Positions 1 to 8,872 of a stretch of DNA of 31,554 nt are shown here, in pieces. The DNA comes from a virus. The position numbers and the translations under genes are program-made. The stretch is from the UHGV virus genome UHGV-0071094. The stretch is one strand, 5' to 3'. The first letter of the stretch is position 1; the number at the start of each line of letters is the position of its first letter. The notes under the pieces were generated by a model. It saw nothing but the letters and a program-made list of their open reading frames with translations. It did not search any database and was not told the origin of the DNA.

Positions 1-95
1 CCCAAAGAATGTGATGAATGTACTCAGAAGTCTTCCTGTGCTGGTTATTTCAGTTCATCAAAAGGCCGTTTTCATCAACCACCGAGACCAATTTT

Positions 96-731
96 ATGAA
101 AAAATTTAATTTCGCTGCTCTGCTTCCGGGATTTTTAGCACTCAATAATTCTGTATGGGCAAGTGATTCCTCCACTGGTGCAAGTGATTTGCCCGGTATG
201 ACTCTTAATGAGCATGATTTAGTTATAGCTCCACTTAACACGGAAGTACCTTTCTACATTGCAGGGCATCGTAGTCATAGCTCCCATCGAAGCCATAGTT
301 CTCATAGATCTTCGTCTGGTGGTGGGTACTATGGTGGAAGCACTCCTTATTATCCTAAAACATACAGTTCACCAAGCTCATCAGGCTCATCCACTTCAGG
401 TACAAATTCGCCATCGTCTTCTTCATCTGTTCGTTCGCTTCGCTCTAATGACGCCGATGCCTCTACGACCACAAACTCTGCTGGAATGAATGGAACTACT
501 CGTGCAAGTAGTGGGCTGGCTTCTGATACTGAAAAGCGTAAGCGTTTGATCATGCGAGTGCAGTTCGCATTACTGGATAAAGGGTTTTATAACGGCAATA
601 TAGACGGAAGTATGGGGCCTGCGACACGAACTGCTATCAAAAATTACAGAGTTGCATATGGGCTTCCTACTCCAGTAAGAGAAACATTAGATGCTCAGTT
701 ATTGAACTCTTTGAATATACTGGCTCGTTAA
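96..731 (+). CDS. Secreted protein with His/Ser-rich low-complexity region and C-terminal putative peptidoglycan-binding domain
   Basis: ORF 18..731; internal Met at 96 gives a signal-peptide-like N-terminus (MKKFNFAALLPGFLALNNSVWA); HRSHSS x3 and a Ser-rich linker; C-terminal ~60 aa (RVQFALLDKGFYNGNIDGSMGPATRTAIKNYRVAYGLPT) resembles the PG_binding_1 consensus. Start codon choice is inferred. Confidence 0.55.
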   Translation: MKKFNFAALLPGFLALNNSVWASDSSTGASDLPGMTLNEHDLVIAPLNTEVPFYIAGHRSHSSHRSHSSHRSSSGGGYYGGSTPYYPKTYSSPSSSGSSTSGTNSPSSSSSVRSLRSNDADASTTTNSAGMNGTTRASSGLASDTEKRKRLIMRVQFALLDKGFYNGNIDGSMGPATRTAIKNYRVAYGLPTPVRETLDAQLLNSLNILAR

Positions 732-749
732 AATATTAGGTAAAATAGA

Positions 750-2357
750 ATGAAGATAAAACTCTCTATTTATAAAACAAAAAGGTTTAGCGATGATATT
801 GATCAGGTTTTGAATTTGGAAAGGGTCAAAAGACCTGTTGAATTCGAGATGGAGGATGCACGAGCATATCTATATGTAAAGGAGTACATGGACCCAAAAC
901 CTCCTGAATGGACCACCTTTTTTATGGACCAAAATCCTGGCATAGAACCTGATTTCTTCGGTATGAATAGTAGCACAGGAGCAGTATTAGTTATTGAAGC
1001 TAACAATTCCAGATATCTTATTCCCTTTGGAACCGGTCATCACTTAATCAATGATGGCAGCATTGTCAAAGGATTTGGGCTTAAAACAACTCTTAATAGT
1101 ATAGAACATAAAAAAATTCGCAGTTTAGATAAAGGCAGTCACAACGAAACGAACCTGTTAACTCGCAGTCAGAGCAGTAAAGAAGTCGATATATACAACC
1201 TAAAAATAGATTCTGAGATGGATATTCTCACAACTCTCACAGGCACTTCGACAGAAGATATTTTAGGAAGTAAAATTACTGGCAAAGATGCTTTTGTGAT
1301 CATGCCGGATATTGAATTGAAGGCTATTCCAGCACTATTGACCAAAATAGACTCTATTTACTTATTACCTCTTCCTGAAGAATTCGAATGGGTTAACAAT
1401 ATCAAGGAGGCTGATGAACAAGAAGTTGAGATATTGGATTCGCTTTTGATTGATCGGATAAAGGAAAAAGACTTCAATGATTTATGGCTTGGAGAGCCAG
1501 AAATAGTAGACTGGGAAAATCAAATAGGCTATTGCTTTGATAAGAGACAAAGATTCATTCATGAAACCTTATCAATATACCATGTTTGTGATTATTTTGA
1601 TGGTAAGAAAACTGAAGTAACTGTTGATGAACTCAAAAAAAATTATCTGCATGTTTTGAATGCCGATTTTGAATCGATAAAAAAATGGTCTTTATATAGG
1701 TGCCTCTATGCCGAGATAAAAGAAGGTGATCAGAACTATATTCTTCGAGACTCTATATGGTATGTTGCAGATAGGAATTTTGTATCGACTATTGATGATG
1801 AAATGAAAAAAATAATTCATTATGAGGAGTCGGATAAATTCCCTGTATATTCATATAAACGAGAGGAGGATTATAATAAAAAACTTTGCCAAGATGATAA
1901 TTCCTTTACACACATGGATCAGAAATTCATTCATCATGGTGGTGGTAAAAGTAAGATTGAATTTTGTGATCTTATCAGAGGTCAATCAGATTTTATCCAT
2001 GTAAAATATTATACTGGTTCGCAAAGTATGAGCCATCTTTTTTCACAAGGATTTATAGGTTCTGAACTTTTTATAAGTGACTCTGAATTTCGAGGCAAAC
2101 TTAATGAGAAACTACCTGCTCATATAAAATTAGCCGATCACATAAATAGACCAGATGCTAAAAAATATAAACTAGTTTTCGCCATAGCTTCTAATAAAAA
2201 TCTTCCCGAAGATTTACCTTTGTTTTCTAAAGTAAACTTGAAAAATTTCCACAAGAGTATTACCAATTTTGGGTATGAGGTCAGGATCTGCAAAATTGCT
2301 GTGGACCCAGATATTTATAAAAAGAAGCTATGTAAACCACAAAAGAACAAGCTTTAA
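750..2357 (+). CDS. Hypothetical 535-aa protein of unknown function; possible nuclease-like C-terminal region
   Basis: Long uninterrupted AT-rich ORF starting 19 bp after the stop of the upstream gene (operon-like). No canonical NTPase motif seen. C-terminal segment IEFCDL...SDFIHVKYY loosely resembles a PD-(D/E)xK-type pattern (weak inference). Confidence 0.5.
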   Translation: MKIKLSIYKTKRFSDDIDQVLNLERVKRPVEFEMEDARAYLYVKEYMDPKPPEWTTFFMDQNPGIEPDFFGMNSSTGAVLVIEANNSRYLIPFGTGHHLINDGSIVKGFGLKTTLNSIEHKKIRSLDKGSHNETNLLTRSQSSKEVDIYNLKIDSEMDILTTLTGTSTEDILGSKITGKDAFVIMPDIELKAIPALLTKIDSIYLLPLPEEFEWVNNIKEADEQEVEILDSLLIDRIKEKDFNDLWLGEPEIVDWENQIGYCFDKRQRFIHETLSIYHVCDYFDGKKTEVTVDELKKNYLHVLNADFESIKKWSLYRCLYAEIKEGDQNYILRDSIWYVADRNFVSTIDDEMKKIIHYEESDKFPVYSYKREEDYNKKLCQDDNSFTHMDQKFIHHGGGKSKIEFCDLIRGQSDFIHVKYYTGSQSMSHLFSQGFIGSELFISDSEFRGKLNEKLPAHIKLADHINRPDAKKYKLVFAIASNKNLPEDLPLFSKVNLKNFHKSITNFGYEVRICKIAVDPDIYKKKLCKPQKNKL

Positions 2358-2517
2358 ATAAATTTTTCAATGCCAGAGACGTTTGCCAGTTCATGCAGAA
2401 AATCGCTTTTGTAAGTTACAGTCCATGTATCTTGGTTTAGAACAAAGTGGTGTCAAAAAAGGTTTATGCCTTGGGAGGGAATAAGGGGCTGGGAAATTTA
2501 ACCCCTTATAGAGTTGT

Positions 2518-2738
2518 TATGCCGCAATAGCTTTAAATTTTTGAGCAATGACATAATCACTCCACCACTGCATGAGAACCATTCGTTCTGCGAGATACTC
2601 GGCACGATTATAGGCTGCAATTATTTAATCTTTCTTCGAGTGGGCAAGGGCCGCTTCTAAGACACCAGTCCTGAACTTACCAGATTCCTCTGTCGCTGTT
2701 CTCGCAATAGATCTCATTCTGTTAACCATAAGTTCACC
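2518..2738 (-). pseudogene. Remnant of a tyrosine integrase 3' end (last ~65 codons, internal TAA)
   Basis: Minus-strand translation gives ...SGKFRTGVLEAALAHSKKD*IIAAYNRAEYLAERMVLMQWWSDYVIAQKFKAIAA*, matching the C-terminal motif of P4-type integrases (compare int at 12083..13345). About 85% identical over ~170 bp to 6490..6660. Confidence 0.55.
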
Positions 2739-2856
2739 TCCTTAAACCGTTCGAATAATTACGGCTTATACTGCCTACTTATGCTAATATCTAAGAGAAG
2801 CCATTGTGGTTGTGTAAGTATACTTCTTGGTTTATTTCGACTATAGAAAACCATAC

Positions 2857-3753
2857 CTATGACTGGCTGTTTTCAGCAAGAGTCTTATCATCTAAAGAAT
2901 TTATTTTCGAAATTCTTTTTAACTCATTAAGATAATCAACCTCGTTTTCCAAGAACCAATGAAGAACTTTAGAGTTACCAAGTAATTTATTAATATATGA
3001 CTGTATTATAACGAATTTCAACATATCTGAGCCATACTCGGTTTGAAGCTTTTTTGTTTCTTCCGAAGTTGTTGCCATTTCTTGTTCCAGACGAAGTATG
3101 GTTTTTTTTATGTCCTTTTTATAGGGAGTGTTTTTCCCTTTATTTACTATCATTGATGCCGGTGTTGCATCCAAGATGCTCATTGCAAATTTTTTACTAT
3201 AATTATCAAAATTAATCATTGTACCGACTGCTTCAATTTGACGAATTGGTTTCATTTTCCTCAAAACATCAAATGTAGCCTTAGGTATAGGTTTATCAGA
3301 AAGTTTCGCAATCACACTTGGATCTATACCGTTCATTACATTAGCTTTATCTTTTATGGCATCAACAGATATGCCCAAAGCAGCACTAAGTTTTTCAATT
3401 GATACTTTTGCCAGAGACTTAATTATCATTCTATGTTCTTCAACTACATTTATATGATTCACTTGTTTGTTAGGAGTGAACGCATCATCTATGCTCGAAA
3501 GTATACATGGAGCTTTTTCTATGCCTAAATCTTTTAAAGCCTCAACCCGCAAATGGCCATCGAGTATCTTAATGGCATCTTTATCTTTGTCATAGAACAC
3601 TATTATTGGTTCAATAATACCTAAGCTTTCAATTGAGGTAACTATCTGATGATATTTATGACTTAGCTTTACATTTTCTAACAATTCCTTAGAGGGAATT
3701 AACTTGTTAGTTTCTAAATAAATAAAATTGTCGCCAAAACGTATCTGAATCAT
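2857..3753 (-). CDS. ParB/Srx-superfamily (ParB N-terminal domain-like) protein
   Basis: 298-aa ORF with ILDGHLRVEALKDLG motif typical of the ParB N-terminal nuclease-like domain; start overlaps the stop of the upstream gene by 4 nt. Confidence 0.6.
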   Translation of the reverse strand: MIQIRFGDNFIYLETNKLIPSKELLENVKLSHKYHQIVTSIESLGIIEPIIVFYDKDKDAIKILDGHLRVEALKDLGIEKAPCILSSIDDAFTPNKQVNHINVVEEHRMIIKSLAKVSIEKLSAALGISVDAIKDKANVMNGIDPSVIAKLSDKPIPKATFDVLRKMKPIRQIEAVGTMINFDNYSKKFAMSILDATPASMIVNKGKNTPYKKDIKKTILRLEQEMATTSEETKKLQTEYGSDMLKFVIIQSYINKLLGNSKVLHWFLENEVDYLNELKRISKINSLDDKTLAENSQS

Positions 3754-4646
3754 TTTGATGCCTCTTTGTTTATTGGATTGAGGATCTGAGATGGCAGTTC
3801 TGATAGATTCTCTTGTTCAAGTATATTTTGAAAGCTTTTATTCATCATTATGACGTTAAAAATCTCATTTACTATCAGCAAGTTAGTTTTAATAAATTTA
3901 GAGTTGTTATAAACAGATTTATGTTCAGCGATACTATTTTCATAAAGCTCAATTAACTCCTCAGCAGTCATTCTTTTTGATGGTTTGTGATAATAAAACC
4001 CGGCTGCTTTTGCACCTTTATTCCCAATTGTTCGCTGATTTAGAATGTGTTTTATCTTTATAATGTCCCGGCTTTTTATTAATTTTTTATCATATGCTTC
4101 GGTAAGAATATCTTGTGCTTCTTCAGTGTCACATCTTGCAAATTGTACTGCGAGATACAGAGGCAAATTCCCCCGTTCGACTGCAGAGAGAAGTTTATGC
4201 TCTCCCTTATCAAGAAGCATATTTATACTGCTCACCCAGTTCGATGAATACCCAGTAATCTCACTTATTTCGGAGTCTGAAAGTCCTCTGTTTTTCATAT
4301 CTTTTATTATCTGTAATAACTCATTGGAACGTGGTCTCCTCCTTGCAATGTTTTCAACCAAACTCATAACATAAGCATCTTCTTCTGATACATCTCTTAT
4401 AATTGCTGGAATAATGGTTTCACCTAATGCAACGAGCGCCTCTATTCTCCCTTGGCCACAAATTAAAGCATATTTGAAGTCGTCTTCATCAATCGCTCTT
4501 ACGCTTATAGGCTTGCTTAACCCTCTTTTTTTTATGCTTTCCTTAATTTCTTCATGCACTACCTTATTTCTAGTTCGCGGGTTAAGAAATTTTATTTTGG
4601 CAATTTCAATTTGGATTATTGGGAATTCATTTGATTCAGGCAGCAT
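3750..4646 (-). CDS. ParB/RepB-like protein (ParB N-terminal domain)
   Basis: 298-aa ORF; GQGRIEALVALG and VENIARRRPR motifs resemble ParB box regions; overlaps the upstream recombinase gene by 11 nt. Confidence 0.6.
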   Translation of the reverse strand: MLPESNEFPIIQIEIAKIKFLNPRTRNKVVHEEIKESIKKRGLSKPISVRAIDEDDFKYALICGQGRIEALVALGETIIPAIIRDVSEEDAYVMSLVENIARRRPRSNELLQIIKDMKNRGLSDSEISEITGYSSNWVSSINMLLDKGEHKLLSAVERGNLPLYLAVQFARCDTEEAQDILTEAYDKKLIKSRDIIKIKHILNQRTIGNKGAKAAGFYYHKPSKRMTAEELIELYENSIAEHKSVYNNSKFIKTNLLIVNEIFNVIMMNKSFQNILEQENLSELPSQILNPINKEASK

Positions 4647-6192
4647 ATAGTTCCCTCACTTTCATGCGAGTAATAATTTGTAGAAGTTTATCCAGATTAT
4701 CAAATCTATAGAGATCTAATCGAATGTTGTTTGTTTCCGTCATCCACATTTTACTATATTCGTTTTCAATCTTTGGTATGATATAAAAATCAAGTGGTGA
4801 AATATTTTGTGAATCCATTCGTATAACAATTGTTATGTCTGCTTTCTGTGAGTTATCAAACCGGACTTTCCATCTGAGTTTACCCGATTTCATATGTGTG
4901 CATTTAGTAATAAGGACGGAAATTAAAAACTCATCATTGATGTAAAGCATTGGTGCATATTTATATTCGTCTATATAGCAGTTGCTTTTTAAAATTTCCC
5001 CCTTAAAATCCTCAATTATGCCTGAGTAAAATGATCTTAGTGCTTCATTTATTTGGATATAGCTGTAATCATGTTCTGGCTTATAACCAATCAAAGTATA
5101 TGCTCTTAAAAGACCACCAAATCGGGTTCTGTAAACAGAAGATGAAGGGCCTGTATCATCTTCATCAATGATAAAGCCAGATAGTTTTCCATTAGATTCT
5201 AATTTTTGTTTTAGCTTTTCTAAAAGCTCTTCATTAGTCAAATGTACGGATCGGAGCTGAATTATTTCTTGAGCTTTATTATATTTTTTCTTTGAAATAA
5301 TGGGTTTATATGCCTTGTCGCATCTAACCCATTCATTTTTTGGGTTTTTTACAAGCCTACTTTTTAGTTTAGATGAGGTTTTGTTATATATGTTATTTCC
5401 AATATATTTTTCATTTGTCAAGATTTGATGTATTTTTGCACGAGTCCATAGTGTTCCATTTTCTGCAGGTATATTCTGTTCATTTAGTCTCTCAGCAATA
5501 ATGAATTCTGGCATGTTATCATCTATAAAGAGATCATAGATGCTATTTACAATTTTTATCTCATTTTTTGGTCCCGGAATTAATATCACCCTATCTGTTT
5601 GAATACTCTTTCTTTTGCGGAAGCCCAATATTTCTTTAGCTATGCCATTTTCATCTACTAAAAGACGTCTTAGCCCATAACCAGCCATTCCGCCTTGATG
5701 ATAACCAAGCTTTATTAAATTTGCTTGCCCTATAAATACCTTTTCTGATAAATTCCTGCTGTGATATGCAGCACTAGATCTTTTTATATTCAGTATAACA
5801 GAAGACTCTAAAGGGAAATCTTTAGTGGGAATAGGTTCGGAACAGTATATAAGATCTACACCGTTTCTCTCAAATAGAAAGGAATAATATGCAGCTTCAT
5901 CACTATTTTGAAAACGACCAAAACGGCTCACATCATAAAATAATACAGCCTGTATATCTATTTTCTTTTGTTCTACATCACTAAGTAACTGCTGCAAAGA
6001 ATGCCGGCCTATGATACTGACTCCGCTCTTACCTGCATCATCGTAGGTATAAGCGATTTCCATATTGTTCTTTTCAGCATAATCTTTGATATATTCGGAC
6101 TGATTATGTAAAGAATATTGCTGATGGTCGGTAGACATCCGCAAGTACTGTGCGACCCTAACTTTATGATTTTTATCATTTTCGCTAGCCAT
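4636..6192 (-). CDS. Large serine recombinase (resolvase N-terminal catalytic domain plus recombinase domain)
   Basis: 518-aa ORF; N-terminal VAQYLRMSTDHQ motif with catalytic Ser as in the resolvase/invertase domain; size and C-terminal extension typical of large serine recombinases. Confidence 0.8.
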   Translation of the reverse strand: MASENDKNHKVRVAQYLRMSTDHQQYSLHNQSEYIKDYAEKNNMEIAYTYDDAGKSGVSIIGRHSLQQLLSDVEQKKIDIQAVLFYDVSRFGRFQNSDEAAYYSFLFERNGVDLIYCSEPIPTKDFPLESSVILNIKRSSAAYHSRNLSEKVFIGQANLIKLGYHQGGMAGYGLRRLLVDENGIAKEILGFRKRKSIQTDRVILIPGPKNEIKIVNSIYDLFIDDNMPEFIIAERLNEQNIPAENGTLWTRAKIHQILTNEKYIGNNIYNKTSSKLKSRLVKNPKNEWVRCDKAYKPIISKKKYNKAQEIIQLRSVHLTNEELLEKLKQKLESNGKLSGFIIDEDDTGPSSSVYRTRFGGLLRAYTLIGYKPEHDYSYIQINEALRSFYSGIIEDFKGEILKSNCYIDEYKYAPMLYINDEFLISVLITKCTHMKSGKLRWKVRFDNSQKADITIVIRMDSQNISPLDFYIIPKIENEYSKMWMTETNNIRLDLYRFDNLDKLLQIITRMKVRELYAA

Positions 6193-6489
6193 GCACGAAA
6201 CCTCATGGATGATTCAATACAATGTAGATGATAAAATTGATCAATTTCTAACCAATTTCAACTGTTTTATCATTGATTAGAGCGAATTTAGTAAATCTTC
6301 GAGGTGTATGATAATCGAGAAGATATGTGAATTATGTAGCTGATATGACCAACAGCTTTCGGTATGTGGCCTCAAGTTACCCATCCGTAAATGGCTATGC
6401 TTAGTCAACATTTGTTAATATGTGTGATTATAATTCTTTAACTAAATCAAGATAGTTAACCCATCAGGGGAGAGTTATGCGGCAATAAC

Positions 6490-6955
6490 TTAGCATTTTT
6501 GAGACGCAACATAGTCACTCCACCATTGCATGAGAACCACCCGTTCTGTGGGATATTCTGCACGATTGTAGGCTGCAATTATTTCATCTTTCTTCGAGTG
6601 GGTAAGGGCGGCTTCGAAGACATCAGTCCTAAACTTTCCAGACTCATCAGCAGCATCGCATACCGTGAGCTACAAGCTTACCTCCGAACCCCATACGGAT
6701 TATGGCCGCATTAGCTGTTTGCTCATGCATATGGTTAAGAGGAGCCTTTATGCTTGGAAACACCCATTCACGATGCCCACTTATCACTTTCATTGACTCT
6801 AGGACTCGTAAAGCTTCTTTGCTTAGTGGAACTTTGTGAGGCTTCTTCATTTTCATAAACTCAGCCGGGATGTTCCACATACCAGTTTCTATATCAATAT
6901 CTGTCCATCTTGTGCGAACCGCTTCAGCGGGCGAACCCATGTTAGAAGTTGCCAC
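6490..6955 (-). pseudogene. Truncated, frameshifted tyrosine integrase (C-terminal catalytic half only)
   Basis: ORF 6647..6955 encodes an integrase catalytic-domain segment (WTDIDIETGMWNIPAEF...HREWVFPS...AHGMR). The C-terminal ...DESGKFRTDVFEAALTHSKKDEIIAAYNRAEYPTERVVLMQWWSDYVASQKC* continues in another frame (about 14-nt deletion relative to the copy at 2518..2738). The N-terminal ~220 codons are absent. Confidence 0.7.
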
Positions 6956-7377
6956 TCAATCAGTAGCCTTGTTTCTAACCGGATAGAAGCATTGTTTAGA
7001 GCAACTAGGAAGCGGGGGGATTACTGTTTCTGGTAAAGACTCTTTTGGTGGTGAACTGGACGCCTGGAATCAATATGAGAAAACTACTTAGTGCAACAGG
7101 AGCTGAATTAACTAATGGTGTAACATTACCTAGTGGTTGGCTTGTCAGTGGTATGAGCAAGGGAGCCAATAATCCTGAAAATTTAAGAGCGTTTGCTGTT
7201 TGTATGAGACAATGGCAGCATAAAAATTCTAGGATAAACTTTTGCCTTAATTAAAATGATAGGTGGTATATTTATAGGGGTTATCTTAGGAAGAATATTT
7301 TTAATGCTATTGATGAGAAGTATCGGACATGATTTAATGTTGTTTATGTTTTAGAATTCTCATATTCAGGCGGTTTC

Positions 7378-7743
7378 ATGATAAAACAGAAGTTAAAGAA
7401 TGACTGGGATATTCCTGCAATTCTTCGTCTTACTAAAGAACAAAAAAGGCTAAAATTGTCTGTTCAAGAAGTTGCAGACCTTCTGGACTTAAGCTCATAC
7501 TTTTTTGAGTTAGCTGTCGATGAGAAGGTGGATTTCAAATTTTATGACCTTCCTGAAAAGGTTAAAAAAAAGCTGCATTATGCAGGTTTTGATATTTTCT
7601 ATTTAATGACTGGTGAGTATTCAGGTAGTGAACCGGCATTGAAAATCGCCAGTTTTGAATATTCTATAAAGGATATGTCTCCTGAAGAAAAAAATGAAGT
7701 GAGAGTGTTGATAGAAAATATACCGATAACAAAACCACACTAA
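7378..7743 (+). CDS. Hypothetical 121-aa protein
   Basis: AT-rich ORF with no recognised domain; weak RBS; immediately upstream of a membrane protein gene. Confidence 0.4.
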   Translation: MIKQKLKNDWDIPAILRLTKEQKRLKLSVQEVADLLDLSSYFFELAVDEKVDFKFYDLPEKVKKKLHYAGFDIFYLMTGEYSGSEPALKIASFEYSIKDMSPEEKNEVRVLIENIPITKPH

Positions 7744-7812
7744 AATTACCTTTAATCCTATCATGTTATATTGGTAGGAAAAATTAGAACGTAATGATAT
7801 TGAGGTATAATC

Positions 7813-8436
7813 ATGGCCTTATCATCTGTAGCTATTGTGGCTGGTGTAGCTACTTTGGCAGCATCTCTTTTCAAAAATACAGAACTTCGGGTGATAGATA
7901 TCGTTGAGTTGTCAAAGCTCAGTGTTAACGATATTGAAAACAACCCTCAGTTAAAAATTGTCAAAAATGATATTAATGAACATATAACAGGCATTAAAGA
8001 CCCTGCATTTCATGAGGTTCTAATTGAAATTATGGCTAAGCATAATAAACCTGTTGGTTACTTCAAAAAAGTTGATGGTAGGTTGCAGTATGACCATTCC
8101 TATTATATTTCAATTAATAAGATGGGCTGGGGGCAATACATTAAAAAGTTAATTAATAATCCAAATGATTGGGTTGCAACTTTGATATATGTTATTTTTA
8201 TTATAACAATGTTCGGAATAGCAGTAGATCTTGATAAGGATCCACAAACATTTAATCAAGGTCTGTCTATATTTTTATCAGGTATGGGGGGATTAATGTT
8301 TAGCTTTTTATTAAAAGGCTTATCGGTTCAATGGAGAAATAGCTTTCATAATGTCAAGGATTTCGAATATAAAGAATTGTTTAAAGAGTACGCTAACAGT
8401 AAAATAGATGAAATCATATCATCAAACTCTAAATAA
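7813..8436 (+). CDS. Hypothetical membrane protein (207 aa)
   Basis: GAGG RBS 6-8 nt upstream; hydrophobic segments (ALSSVAIVAGVATLAASLF; WVATLIYVIFIITMFGIAV; LSIFLSGMGGLMFSFLL) suggest about 3 transmembrane helices. Confidence 0.5.
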   Translation: MALSSVAIVAGVATLAASLFKNTELRVIDIVELSKLSVNDIENNPQLKIVKNDINEHITGIKDPAFHEVLIEIMAKHNKPVGYFKKVDGRLQYDHSYYISINKMGWGQYIKKLINNPNDWVATLIYVIFIITMFGIAVDLDKDPQTFNQGLSIFLSGMGGLMFSFLLKGLSVQWRNSFHNVKDFEYKELFKEYANSKIDEIISSNSK

Positions 8437-8539
8437 TGATTCGGAATCATTTCTACCGTTGGCTGGGGTACATAAAAGCGTAATATTTTTATTCATTCTG
8501 ATAAAGCCAAGTCACATGGCTTGGCTTCAGATATATTGA

Positions 8540-8872
8540 TTAAGTATTATCTTTAATCGTTGTTGTTGTTCCGTTGGTTTTCACGGAAGCGATACCTTTT
8601 TCACGGGATTGTTTGGTCGAGTACATCTGGCTTGTACCGATCACATGATGATTAGCCGCCCGTAGGTTAAAATAGGACTTGCCGTTAGATGAGTCTTTCA
8701 GATCGTAGCGTTCATCAAGTGGGCTGTTTGCCTGAACTGATATAATGCCATTTTCTGCAGAACTCTTGGTTGTGTAAAGCTCGCTGGTGAGGATAATTTC
8801 TCCATTACCGGCTTTCAGAACAAATTTATACTGTTCATTACTGCTCTTATCCAATTCGAACCAACCAGCCAT
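8540..8872 (-). CDS. DUF1508 (YegP-like) tandem-repeat protein
   Basis: 110-aa ORF with two internal repeats (...YKFVLKAGNGEIILTSELYTTKSSAENGIISVQ / ...YFNLRAANHHVIGTSQMYSTKQSREKGIASVK) characteristic of the DUF1508/UPF0339 family. Confidence 0.65.
   Translation of the reverse strand: MAGWFELDKSSNEQYKFVLKAGNGEIILTSELYTTKSSAENGIISVQANSPLDERYDLKDSSNGKSYFNLRAANHHVIGTSQMYSTKQSREKGIASVKTNGTTTTIKDNT

Noticed and set aside
4045-4650. Plus-strand ORFs (109 aa and 78 aa) inside the ParB-like gene
   Set aside because: Antisense to a coherent ParB-domain ORF in an AT-rich region where spurious ORFs are common.
2500-6660. The ~170-bp direct repeats as terminal repeats of an IS or transposon carrying the serine-recombinase cassette
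   Set aside because: The repeats are the coding 3' ends of two related integrase genes, not non-coding inverted repeats, and no transposase is present; more consistent with tandem island remnants.
7040-7070. Sequence TGGTG...CCTGGAATC loosely resembling a tRNA 3' end (possible att remnant next to the truncated integrase)
   Set aside because: The match is short and gapped; not distinguishable from chance without the actual tRNA sequence.
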